NCBI GenBank assembly: GCA_965218305.1
Contig: OZ244617.1
Coordinates: 715,776-779,775 of the forward strand
Source of the DNA: an uncultured Candidatus Binatia bacterium
GTDB lineage: Bacteria > Desulfobacterota > Binatia > UBA9968 > JAJDTQ01
DNA: 64,000 nucleotides
Direction of reading: 5' to 3'
Of the stretch, positions 37,060 to 45,682 are shown one piece after another; the first letter of the stretch is position 1, and every line of letters begins with the position of its first letter. The notes beneath the pieces were generated by a model. That model was not told the DNA's origin, ran no database searches, and was given only the letters and a program-made list of their open reading frames with translations. A program made the position numbers and the translations under genes.

Positions 37060-38292
37060 ATGAAACGGATAGATGCCCTTGAGGTGCTGTTGAAGCACCG
37101 GACGGATGAGCCGATCATTGTGGGTGTCGGCTACCAGACATCCGAGTTGAACTCTCTGGGACACAATGACTTGAATCTCTATCAGGTCAATTTCCCATAT
37201 CCATCACCCCTGGGCCTTGGTCTGGCCCTGGCGATTCCGAACCAGAAAGTCATCATCAGCGATGGGGACGGATCTGCCGTCGCCGGCATGTCCACGCTCT
37301 GCACGATCGCCAATGCCGCTCCTCCCAACCTGATCCATATTGTTTGGGACAACGAGTCCTGGATGACGTGCGGGAAAATCAGGGGAGGCCACATGGGCCC
37401 CATGCCGACCCCGACGGCGGGGCGCTGTGATTTCGAGCTATTGGCCAAGGGTGCGGGTATTGAGCACGCCTATACGGTTCGAGATGAGAGAGAGTTCGAA
37501 GATGTCCTCGTTCGGGCTCTCCGGGATGACAAACCGTACGTCATCGTTGCGAAGGTCGACACGAGTACTCCTGCCGCGGTGCCGGTTTCCTTTGGCATGA
37601 CCGAAAACGCCATCAGGTTCCGCAGGGCCCTGGTGGACAAGGGCTGGGTCGACCCCATGCATGCAGGTGCGACAACGTACAAGGACGTGGGCTTTGATTT
37701 TGGCGCCGGCGGCGACAAGGGCCGGATCGAAGCCATCTACCGGAACCTTCGCGAAGTCGTGCCTCGCGAGCCGGGCAATCTCAGTCTGGATTATGCGCGC
37801 GCCATTTACGAAGGAGTCAAGGCCGCGGGAATCAATATGTTCGTCTATCTTCCGGACAGCTCGAACTATCTCGTCCAGCGGTTCGCCGCGGAAGATCCCG
37901 GGATGCTGAGTGTATCGGTCACCAGGGAAGATGAGGGAATGGCCATTGCCATGGGGGGGTTCATGGGAGGGAGGACGAGTTGCATCATGATGGAGGCGTC
38001 GGGGTTGGGGATGTCTTACCTCGCACTGGCCTGGCTCGGCATACAGCAGAGAATGGCGACGCTGATTCTCACGAGCCACACGGACGGACTGGGGGAATAT
38101 ACAGACTACCATGTGGTCACGCGATACCTTGCGGAGCCCCTGCTGCGGGGCATGGGTATACCGCACCACACCCTGATGGACGTGTCCGAAGCGAAGAGAA
38201 TGCTGAAGTATGCGACCATGACCGTGAGAGGTCACATGTTCCCGGTGGTCATTCAGCTCCCACGCCAGGTCCTTTGGCAAGACCCCGAATGA
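37060..38292 (+). CDS. Thiamine pyrophosphate-dependent decarboxylase, fused beta-alpha (sulfopyruvate/phosphonopyruvate decarboxylase family).
   Basis: N-terminal half carries the TPP-binding motif ...ISDGDGSAVAGMSTLCTIA.... C-terminal half carries a PYR-domain ...VYLPDSSNYLVQRF...EDEGMAIAMGGFMGG... GGGGGAGGTG Shine-Dalgarno. Confidence 0.75.
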   Translation: MKRIDALEVLLKHRTDEPIIVGVGYQTSELNSLGHNDLNLYQVNFPYPSPLGLGLALAIPNQKVIISDGDGSAVAGMSTLCTIANAAPPNLIHIVWDNESWMTCGKIRGGHMGPMPTPTAGRCDFELLAKGAGIEHAYTVRDEREFEDVLVRALRDDKPYVIVAKVDTSTPAAVPVSFGMTENAIRFRRALVDKGWVDPMHAGATTYKDVGFDFGAGGDKGRIEAIYRNLREVVPREPGNLSLDYARAIYEGVKAAGINMFVYLPDSSNYLVQRFAAEDPGMLSVSVTREDEGMAIAMGGFMGGRTSCIMMEASGLGMSYLALAWLGIQQRMATLILTSHTDGLGEYTDYHVVTRYLAEPLLRGMGIPHHTLMDVSEAKRMLKYATMTVRGHMFPVVIQLPRQVLWQDPE

Positions 38293-38413
38293 TCGGAGGG
38301 GCAACTTCATACGACCGACCGTCGTTGCCGGGTGTCAAGCGGGACGCTGTGGCACGCGAGCGGGCCCGCTGGTCACTGGCATTTCCCGGGAGCCGGTACT
38401 ACAATCCCGCGTC

Positions 38414-39016
38414 ATGAAGGTGCAGCGGCGGGCAGTGCTGGAGCGGCTTCGGGATCACCTCACCGAGAGCGATATCGTGGTGGCCGCCCTGGCCGGTACT
38501 ACGGCGGATACCTATCAGGTGGCCCACCGGCCGGAGAACCTCTACCTCGTGGGCCTCGGCATGGTCACCCAGGTGAGCCTCGGACTGGCCCTGACCCTGC
38601 CCGACTCGAAGGTGGTTGCCCTCGACACCGACGGGAGCCTGCTGTTGGCTCCCAGCATCCTTTCGGTGGTGGGCGCATCCGGAGCGGAGAATCTCCGCAT
38701 CATCGTTTTTGACAACGAGCAGCTTTTCGGCAGCCGTGGCGGCGCCCCCAGTCAGACGGCGAAGGGCGCCGATCTCACCGCAATGGCCCGTGCGGCAGGC
38801 ATCAGGCGCGCCGACACGGTGGTCGATGACGGCGGTGTGGGCCCAGGGATGGACTGGCTGTTCTCGCAGCAAGGCCCGGCGCTTCTGACCGCCAAGATCG
38901 AGATGGGGGCGCGGGGTGAGGGGCCGGGCATGGACGGGCAGGAGAACAAGTACCGGCTGGTGCGGCGCATCGAGGCTATCAAGCAGCGCGCGATCCTGAC
39001 GCCGGCGAAGCCGTGA
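38414..39016 (+). CDS. TPP-binding (PP domain) subunit, sulfopyruvate decarboxylase beta-like.
   Basis: ...LDTDGSLLLAPSILSVV...IIVFDNEQ... diphosphate-binding motif. Confidence 0.7.
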   Translation: MKVQRRAVLERLRDHLTESDIVVAALAGTTADTYQVAHRPENLYLVGLGMVTQVSLGLALTLPDSKVVALDTDGSLLLAPSILSVVGASGAENLRIIVFDNEQLFGSRGGAPSQTAKGADLTAMARAAGIRRADTVVDDGGVGPGMDWLFSQQGPALLTAKIEMGARGEGPGMDGQENKYRLVRRIEAIKQRAILTPAKP

Positions 39017-39052
39017 TCGGCCACGACGGCGCATACGCATGCCGGGGCCGTT

Positions 39053-39110
39053 GTAGGGGCGGGTTTCAAACCCCCCCGCGCCCGGGCCGGCACTTCGCAG
39101 GGGGGTTTGA
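39053..39110. repeat. REP-like hairpin element (copy 3) in the spacer between the split TPP-subunit genes.
   Basis: GTAGGGGCGGGTTTCAAACCCCCCCGCGCCCGGGCCGGCACTTCGCAGGGGGGTTTGAA. Confidence 0.6.
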
Positions 39111-39176
39111 ATTGTTGCAGGTCGGATTGGCGAAGCGCGATCCGATACCCAGACCGCTCAGGGAGGGTGACCGGGA

Positions 39177-39677
39177 GTGAAGGACGAGGTTGCGGCTGAA
39201 GCGCACCGGTCCCTGACGGGGGCGGGTATCGACTTCGTGGCCTGTATGCCCGATTCGGCCTTCCTCGAGCTCTACCAGAGGTTGGAGGCGGATTCCGGCA
39301 TCCGCTACGTTCAGGTGGCCAACGAGAGTGACGGCGTGGGCATCTGCATGGGGGCGTGGTTGGGCGGGGCGCGGCCGGCGCTGCTCATGGAGAACACCGG
39401 CTTCGCCCTGTCCTGCTATGCGCTGCTGCGGGGCCCGGCGGCCTTCGGGGTCCCCATGCTGTTGCTCATCAGCTACCGCGGCGGCTTCGGCGATCAGCGC
39501 TGGTTCTCGGTGCCCTTCGGCTGGGCTACGGAGCCGTTGCTGCAGAGCCTGCGCATCCAGTACAGCGTGGTGAACGAGGCCGGAGACTTGAGCCAAGCCA
39601 TCAGCGGTGCGGTGGACTCCATGAATGCCATGCAGGCGCCGGTGGCCGTGCTGTTGCCGCCGAAGCTCTTTTTCTGA
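39177..39677 (+). CDS. TPP PYR-domain subunit, sulfopyruvate decarboxylase alpha-like.
   Basis: ...CMPDSAFLELYQRL...ANESDGVGICMGAWLGG... GTG start with GGGAGGG at 9 nt. Confidence 0.7.
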   Translation: MKDEVAAEAHRSLTGAGIDFVACMPDSAFLELYQRLEADSGIRYVQVANESDGVGICMGAWLGGARPALLMENTGFALSCYALLRGPAAFGVPMLLLISYRGGFGDQRWFSVPFGWATEPLLQSLRIQYSVVNEAGDLSQAISGAVDSMNAMQAPVAVLLPPKLFF

Positions 39678-39763
39678 GACGTGGACACGTTGTCGGCTTG
39701 CGGACCGGAAAGGGTCCGCGCACGTTCAACGACCGATGCGTGCCGCAGGATATCGAGGATGGC

Positions 39764-40639
39764 ATGAAACCGGCGGGCTTCGACTATCACGATCCCACGA
39801 CCCTGTCCGAGGTGACGGCCCTGCTCGCCCGGTTGGGGGAGGAAGCGCGGGTGCTCGCGGGCGGCCAGAGTCTGGTCCCGCTCATGAACTTCCGGCTGTC
39901 CCGGCCCGCGCACCTGGTGGACCTGAACCGCGTGGACGAGTTGGATTCCCTCGCCGTCGCCGATGGCGAGCTGCGGATCGGCGCCATGACGCGGCAACGC
40001 GCGCTGGAACGTTCTCAGGAAGTGGGCGCCGGCTGGCCGCTGCTGCGCGAGGCCGCGGGATACATCGGCCACGTCCAGATACGCAACCGCGGCACGGTGG
40101 GCGGCAGCCTGGCCCACGCCTTTCCCTCCGCCGAGCTGCCCGTGGCCATGGTCACCCTTGACGCCGCTTTCGTGTTGCGGCGGGAGGGCGGCGAGCGCAC
40201 CGTTTCGGCCGAGGACTTCTTTCTCGGCACCATGACCACGGTGCTGGAGCCGGGGGAGTTGCTTTCCGAAGTGCGCGTCCCGGCCGTCCCCGCCGGGAGC
40301 GGCGCATCGTTCCAGGAGGTGAGCCGCCGCTACGGCGACTTCGCGCTGGCGGGTGCCGCGGCGCGGGTCACCCTGGACCGGGACGGCGCGGTCGCCGGTG
40401 CCCGGTTGACGCTCACCGGCTCCGCACCCATTCGCGCTCACGCGGCCGAGGCGGCCGTGCTGGGGGAGAAGCCGTCGGACGCGCTGTTCCGGGAGGCGGC
40501 GCGCCGCGCCGTGGCAAACATCGAGCAGGATACGGACATGCACGCCAGCGCCGACTACCGCTGCCGCGCGTGCGAAGTGATGGCCCGGCGCGCGCTGGCG
40601 CAGGCCGCGCAACGGGCCGCGGCACCAGGATCGCGATAA
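39764..40639 (+). CDS. Xanthine dehydrogenase family FAD-binding subunit (CoxM-like). Cluster 2.
   Basis: ...RVLAGGQSLVPLMNFRL...RNRGTVGGSLAHAFP... Paralogous to 20869-21756. Confidence 0.85.
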   Translation: MKPAGFDYHDPTTLSEVTALLARLGEEARVLAGGQSLVPLMNFRLSRPAHLVDLNRVDELDSLAVADGELRIGAMTRQRALERSQEVGAGWPLLREAAGYIGHVQIRNRGTVGGSLAHAFPSAELPVAMVTLDAAFVLRREGGERTVSAEDFFLGTMTTVLEPGELLSEVRVPAVPAGSGASFQEVSRRYGDFALAGAAARVTLDRDGAVAGARLTLTGSAPIRAHAAEAAVLGEKPSDALFREAARRAVANIEQDTDMHASADYRCRACEVMARRALAQAAQRAAAPGSR

Positions 40640-40983
40640 CCCTTGAGGGCTACATGAAAATGATGACGCTTCGCGTCCGTCATGCCGGCGAATCAGGCTG
40701 TGCCGAAGCTTCATCCGACAGAGGCAACGACCCCCGAACTCGTCATTCCCGCGAAACAGGCGGTGTCAAAACGCCATCCGGGAGAGGCAACGGCCCCCGA
40801 AATCGTCATTCCCGCGAAAGCGGGAATATCCAGGCGGAGTGGGGCCGGGAAACGCGGCGTAGCGCCCCTCCAGGACCGCCTGGATTCCCGCTTTCGCGGG
40901 AATGACGGAGGGAGTGCGAGAATGACGGACGCGGGCATTTGCTGGCTGTTTTCATGGTAGGGTCCTATCGGACAAGGACGATA
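40640..40983. repeat. Cluster of at least 4 copies or half-copies of the GTCATTCCCGCGAAAGCGGGAATCCAGG hairpin repeat. It sits inside the coxM2-coxS2 intergenic spacer.
   Basis: CGTCATTCCCGCGAAACAGGCGG at 40749, CGTCATTCCCGCGAAAGCGGGAATATCCAGGCGG at 40808, and inverted CCTGGATTCCCGCTTTCGCGGGAATGACGG at 40876. Flanking CATCCG.AGAGGCAACG.CCCCCGAA units occur in tandem. Spurious ORFs here read SFPRKRES / IPAFAGMT. Confidence 0.65.
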
Positions 40984-41496
40984 CAGATGAGCAGGCGAAC
41001 CATACGGATCCGGGTCAACGGCGCCGAACATACCGGCGAGGCGGAGCCGCGCCGGCTCCTGAGCGATTTCATCCGCGACGACCTCGGCCTCACGGGTACC
41101 CACGTGGGCTGTGAGCACGGCGTGTGCGGCGCCTGCACGGTCCTCCTCAACGGCGATCCGGTGCGTTCCTGCCTGATGTTCGCGGTGCAGGCCGACGGGG
41201 CCGAGATCGACACCGTGGAGGGGTTGGCGCCGGACGCGGGCACGCTGCATCCGCTCCAGGAGAAGTTCCAGGAGCGGCACGGCCTGCAGTGCGGTTTCTG
41301 CACGCCGGGCATCCTGCTCACCGCCCGGGCGCTGCTGCGGGAGAATCCTGCTCCCGACGAGGTCGAGATCCGCGAGTGGATCAGCGGCAACCTGTGCCGC
41401 TGCACGGGTTATCGGAACATCGTGACGGCCATTCGCGAGGCCGCGGAGGAGATGTCGGACGGGCAGGCGGACACGCCGGCGCCCCGAGAGGATTGA
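40984..41496 (+). CDS. (2Fe-2S)-binding subunit (CoxS-like). Cluster 2.
   Basis: ...CEHGVCGACTVLLNG...QCGFCTPGILL...CRCTGY... Confidence 0.85.
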   Translation, partial: QMSRRTIRIRVNGAEHTGEAEPRRLLSDFIRDDLGLTGTHVGCEHGVCGACTVLLNGDPVRSCLMFAVQADGAEIDTVEGLAPDAGTLHPLQEKFQERHGLQCGFCTPGILLTARALLRENPAPDEVEIREWISGNLCRCTGYRNIVTAIREAAEEMSDGQADTPAPRED

Positions 41497-41505
41497 AGAA
41501 CGTCC

Positions 41506-43809
41506 ATGCCGTACATCGGTTCGAGCGTGAAACGAAAAGAGGATGTGCCGCTGCTTCGGGGCATCGGCAAGTACGTGGGAGACATCCGCCGGCCGGGCAT
41601 GGTGCACGCCGCGGTGCTGCGGAGCAGCCGCGCCCACGCCCGCCTCGCCGGTATCGACGCCCGCGCGGCGTTGGAGCTGCCCGGGGTCGTGGGCGTGCTC
41701 ACGGCCGCGGACATGCCCGGTCTCAAGACCATTCCCATGCGCACCGGCCAAATCCCCGGACTCGAGCGGTCGCAGCAGACGCCCATCGCCACGGACCGGG
41801 TGCGCTACGTGGGCGAGCCCGTGGCTGTCGTGGTAGCCGTGGACCGCTACGTGGCCGAGGACGCGCTGGAACTGGTGGAGGTGGCCTACGAGGAGCTGCC
41901 CGTGGTGACGGACGCGCGCGGGGCCATGGGACCGGAGGCCCCCCGGCTCCACGACGCGGTGCCGGACAACGTGCCCGCCGAGTTCCAGGTGGAAACGGGC
42001 GACGTCAAGCGCGCGTTCGCCGAGTGTGACCTGGTGGTGGAGCAAGCCTTCGAGACCCAGCGCCACGGCGCGGTGCCGCTGGAAACCCGTGGCCTGGTGG
42101 CGGAGTTCGACGAGGGTCGCGACATGCTCACGGTGTGGGGTCCCACCAAGATGACCCACACCAACTGGCGCATCCTTTCGGAACTGAGCGGCATTCCCCA
42201 GAGCGCCATCCATTTCCTCGAGCCGGCGGTGGGGGGCGGGTTCGGCGGCCGCGGCGAGTTCTATCCCGAGGACTTCCTGATCCCCTTTGCCGCCAAGCAC
42301 TTCCGCCGGCCCGTGTGCTGGATCGAGGACCGCTCGGAGAACCTCAAGTCCATGAACCAGTCGCGGCAGCAGTCCTACCGGATGCGGCTGGGTCTGCGCA
42401 AGGATGGCACCGTCCTGGCCATGGACGCGGAGATTCTGTTCGACATGGGCGGCTACACGCGCACCCACGGCGGCGTGCCGATCGTCGCGTCATCGGCCAT
42501 GCTGCGGGGCCCGCTGCGCATCAAGAACTACCACTGTCAGGTCCATTGCGTGCTCACCAACAAGACCCCGGTGGGCACCTACCGGAGCCCGGGCCGCTAC
42601 GAGGCCAACTTCGTGCGCGAGCGGTTGCTGGACATGGCGGCGCATCGCCTCGGGCTCGATCCCGCGGAGCTGCGCAGGCGCAACCTCATCCGCCCGGAGG
42701 AGATGCCCTACGACCACGGCAAGACCCCGTACCACTACACGGTGTACGACAGCGGCGATCTGCCCGGCCAGCTCGATGCGGCGTTGCGGCACATGGACTA
42801 CGAGGGGCTTCAACAGCGTTGCAGCGCCGCCCGGACGGAAGGCCGGGCCATGGGCGTGGGCATCGGCTGCTTCGTGGAGACCAGTGGCATCGGGCCCTGG
42901 GAGTACGCCCGGGTAGAGGTCGACAACAGCGGCGGCGTGGTGTTGTACACGGGAATCAACTCTGTAGGACAGGGCATCGCCACGGCCTTGAGCCAGATCG
43001 TCGCCGATGAGATGTGCGTGTCCATCGACGACGTCCGGGTCGTGCACGGCGATACCGCCAAGGTGCCCTACGGCAACGGCAGCAACGCCAGCCGCTCCAC
43101 CGTCATGGCCGGGAGCGCCGCGGTGGGCGCGTCGCGGAAGGTCAAGGAGAAGCTCCTGCGGCTGGCATCCGCGGAGTTGGAGATCGACGCCGGCGACCTG
43201 GAACTGGCGGACGGCCGCATCAGCGCCAGGGGAGCGCCGGAGCGGGGCCTGGACTTCGCGGCGCTGGCCCGGCTGGCGCTGCCCGGACCGGCCCTGGCCC
43301 AAGGCTTCACCCCCGGCATCTCGGAAGAGGACTTCTTCGCCACCGACAAACGGCCGTTCCCCTACGGCGTCCACGTGGCAGTGGTGGAGGTGGACCGGGA
43401 AACCGGCATGATCGAGATCCTCGACTACCTCGTGATGGAGGACGTCGGCCGCAAGATCAATCCCATGATCGTCGAGGGACAGATGGCCGGCGGCCTGGCC
43501 CAGGGCATCGGCGGCGCGCTGCTGGAGGAGTTCGCCTACGACGAGGACGGGCAGCCCCAGTCCACGAGCTTCATGGACTACCTGATGCCCACCGCCATGG
43601 ACGTGCCCCAAGGACAGTTCATCTCCACCGAGGACTTCCCGTCGCCGCACAATCCCCTGGGAGTCAAGGGAGCAGGGGAGGGCGGCATCACCGCCGCCGG
43701 CGCCGCCCTGGCCAACGCCGTCTCCCACGCGTTGGGGGTGGAGATCACCCGGCTGCCGCTCAAGCCCGGCTACCTGCTGGAGCTCATGGACGCGGCGGAC
43801 GAGGGCTGA
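41506..43809 (+). CDS. Xanthine dehydrogenase family molybdopterin-binding large subunit (CoxL-like). Cluster 2.
   Basis: 767 aa. GGGFGGRG Mo-cofactor motif. The loop at the CODH signature position reads VGTYRSPGRYEA. Confidence 0.8.
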   Translation: MPYIGSSVKRKEDVPLLRGIGKYVGDIRRPGMVHAAVLRSSRAHARLAGIDARAALELPGVVGVLTAADMPGLKTIPMRTGQIPGLERSQQTPIATDRVRYVGEPVAVVVAVDRYVAEDALELVEVAYEELPVVTDARGAMGPEAPRLHDAVPDNVPAEFQVETGDVKRAFAECDLVVEQAFETQRHGAVPLETRGLVAEFDEGRDMLTVWGPTKMTHTNWRILSELSGIPQSAIHFLEPAVGGGFGGRGEFYPEDFLIPFAAKHFRRPVCWIEDRSENLKSMNQSRQQSYRMRLGLRKDGTVLAMDAEILFDMGGYTRTHGGVPIVASSAMLRGPLRIKNYHCQVHCVLTNKTPVGTYRSPGRYEANFVRERLLDMAAHRLGLDPAELRRRNLIRPEEMPYDHGKTPYHYTVYDSGDLPGQLDAALRHMDYEGLQQRCSAARTEGRAMGVGIGCFVETSGIGPWEYARVEVDNSGGVVLYTGINSVGQGIATALSQIVADEMCVSIDDVRVVHGDTAKVPYGNGSNASRSTVMAGSAAVGASRKVKEKLLRLASAELEIDAGDLELADGRISARGAPERGLDFAALARLALPGPALAQGFTPGISEEDFFATDKRPFPYGVHVAVVEVDRETGMIEILDYLVMEDVGRKINPMIVEGQMAGGLAQGIGGALLEEFAYDEDGQPQSTSFMDYLMPTAMDVPQGQFISTEDFPSPHNPLGVKGAGEGGITAAGAALANAVSHALGVEITRLPLKPGYLLELMDAADEG

Positions 43810-43864
43810 GCCGTTGTGAACTCATGCTATGGCTGCGGCACGCGCGTCAGTGGAGGAGACGGAC

Positions 43865-44896
43865 ATGGAAGTCCCCAGCATCGTACCGGGCCACATCGTC
43901 GACATGCACGCCCACATCTATCCCGAGGGCTGCTTCGAAGAGGTCCTTAAGGCCCGGCCGGAGTTCGCCATGGCTCGCTCGGAACGCGGCCTGTCGCTCA
44001 CCTGCCGAGGCAGCCACACCATGTCCGCGCCCGTCGACGCCGACCTGAGCGCCCGCCTGCGGACCATGGACGAGGCCGGGGTCAAGGTCCAGGTACTGTC
44101 CGTCGGTGCCCTCAACACGGGTTGGGCGGGCACCGCCACCGCCCGGCTCGTCAACGACGGCTTGGCCGAGGTGTGCCGCCAGTACCCGGACCGCTTCCGT
44201 TTCGTCGCCGCGCTGCCGTGGGACAGCACCGCCGCACTCATGGACGAGCTGGACCGGGCCATGGGTCTGGGCGCCGTGGGGGCCGGCATCACCACCACCG
44301 TAGCCGATCACACCCTCGACGCTCCCGAGCTCCGGGAGTTCTGGCGCCAGGCCCACCGGCGCAAACTCCTGGTGCTCGTGCACCCGACGTTCCCCCTCGA
44401 CGGGCCGGCGAACGATCGGGGCGAGTACCTCGCCGTCGGCTACCTCGGCGAGACCGCCATGGCCGCTACCAAGCTCACCCTGGGCGGTGTGCTCGAAGAA
44501 TGCCCCGACGTCCGCATCGTTTGGTCCCACTGCGGCGGCAGCCTGTGCATGGTGCTGGACCGCATCGACCGCGGCTACCGCCGCTACGAGAAGTGTCTGC
44601 GCCCCCCGAGCGAGTACCTGCGCCAATGCTACTACGACACCGTCACCCTGTCCGGCCCCGCCCTCGACTGCGCCCGCGCCACCTTCGGCGCCGACCGGCT
44701 CGTCTACGGCACCGACGAGCCCCATGTGCCCAACGCCAGCAAGGGCGTGTTGGCCGCGCTGCGCGCCCGGTCGTGGCCGGAAGCGGAGTTGGAGGGGGTG
44801 CTCGGCGGCATCGCGCGAGATCTGCTGGAGCAAGCCCCAGACGGACCTCAGGTTGAACCGGCGAAGCCAGTCGAGACGAGGCATAGGCCCAAATAG
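43865..44896 (+). CDS. Amidohydrolase-2 family protein (ACMSD-like metal-dependent hydrolase/decarboxylase).
   Basis: MEVPSIVPGHIVDMHAHIYPEG...VHP...HCGG...GTDEPH metal-binding pattern. GGAGGAGACGGAC-ATG. Confidence 0.8.
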   Translation: MEVPSIVPGHIVDMHAHIYPEGCFEEVLKARPEFAMARSERGLSLTCRGSHTMSAPVDADLSARLRTMDEAGVKVQVLSVGALNTGWAGTATARLVNDGLAEVCRQYPDRFRFVAALPWDSTAALMDELDRAMGLGAVGAGITTTVADHTLDAPELREFWRQAHRRKLLVLVHPTFPLDGPANDRGEYLAVGYLGETAMAATKLTLGGVLEECPDVRIVWSHCGGSLCMVLDRIDRGYRRYEKCLRPPSEYLRQCYYDTVTLSGPALDCARATFGADRLVYGTDEPHVPNASKGVLAALRARSWPEAELEGVLGGIARDLLEQAPDGPQVEPAKPVETRHRPK

Positions 44897-44956
44897 TGTG
44901 TCGGCAAATCTTGATCTAACACGAATTCCAACTACAATTGTGAGTTTGGGCGTCGT

Positions 44957-45215
44957 CATGGCAAACGGTATCTGTCAAAACAAGGCTAGGTTTCGCGCTC
45001 CCTTGGAGAGTGAGACAGATGAGGTTCCCGCCATCGACACGGGTCTCAACACCCGTGACGGCGAGTCACGAACCAAGTTTATCGGTGACCAGGATTGGAA
45101 TCATCTTCGAAACGTGCCATCTTTTGGCCGGCTGCTGCTGTCTGCGCCACTTGAGGATGGGGACTTGGCGCCGCGCCTCATGAGCCCAACACGTGACAAC
45201 GTGTTCGACGCTTGA
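44957..45215 (+). CDS. Possible small ORF (86 aa) at the islet edge.
   Basis: ATG at 44957. No clear Shine-Dalgarno. No family recognised. It may be non-coding. Confidence 0.2.
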
Positions 45216-45262
45216 GTTATGAGAGCGTGCCTATTTCCAGTACAAACTGACGGGCAGGTATT

Positions 45263-45682
45263 TTGAAGCGGCCGCAGAAGCGCAGTAAGCCGAAAAGGAA
45301 GATCGTGCTGGTTGCGGTGGGCTCAATCAGTCGGCGTGAGTTGGAAAGGATGGCGCAAGAAGCGCAGTATCGTTCCAGCGACTATCACAAGTCGGGCCCG
45401 ACGGCGGTTCCTCGTCCGGACAAGACGGTATGCGATTTGCCTACGTCACACAATGCGATAAATGCGACGGATTTACTGAGGGCGGGGTTTTGTCGAGGCA
45501 TGGTAAGCGAACAGGAACGCGGTGGTTGGCCACAGAACGTGTGGGCGGTCGATGCTGACGGGATTGTATACGAGGCCCAACTCACTAACTCGGGACTTGG
45601 GGAATATCACGGATATCCGATGACAAAGACCGACAGCTTCGCTGCCTTTGTCAGCAAAGAGTGGGAGAACCGCGGGACATGA
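45263..45682 (+). CDS. Hypothetical small protein (111-139 aa) with a conserved-looking ...VWAVDADGIVYEAQLTNSGLGEYHGYPM... motif. Possible toxin or effector component.
   Basis: ORF upstream of the ImmA-like gene with an ATGA overlap. The start is uncertain. Candidates are TTG at 45263, GTG at 45305 and ATG at 45350. Lysine-rich N-terminus if the longest form is used. Low GC. Confidence 0.5.
   Translation: MKRPQKRSKPKRKIVLVAVGSISRRELERMAQEAQYRSSDYHKSGPTAVPRPDKTVCDLPTSHNAINATDLLRAGFCRGMVSEQERGGWPQNVWAVDADGIVYEAQLTNSGLGEYHGYPMTKTDSFAAFVSKEWENRGT

Noticed and set aside
40711-42468. 585-aa minus-strand ORF, and the 50212-51642 plus-strand ORF with SFPRKRES / IPAFAGMT peptides.
   Set aside because: They are antisense to coxS2/coxL2 and to the Rieske oxygenase. 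The conserved peptides are translation artefacts of the GTCATTCCCGCGAAAGCGGGAATCC repeat.
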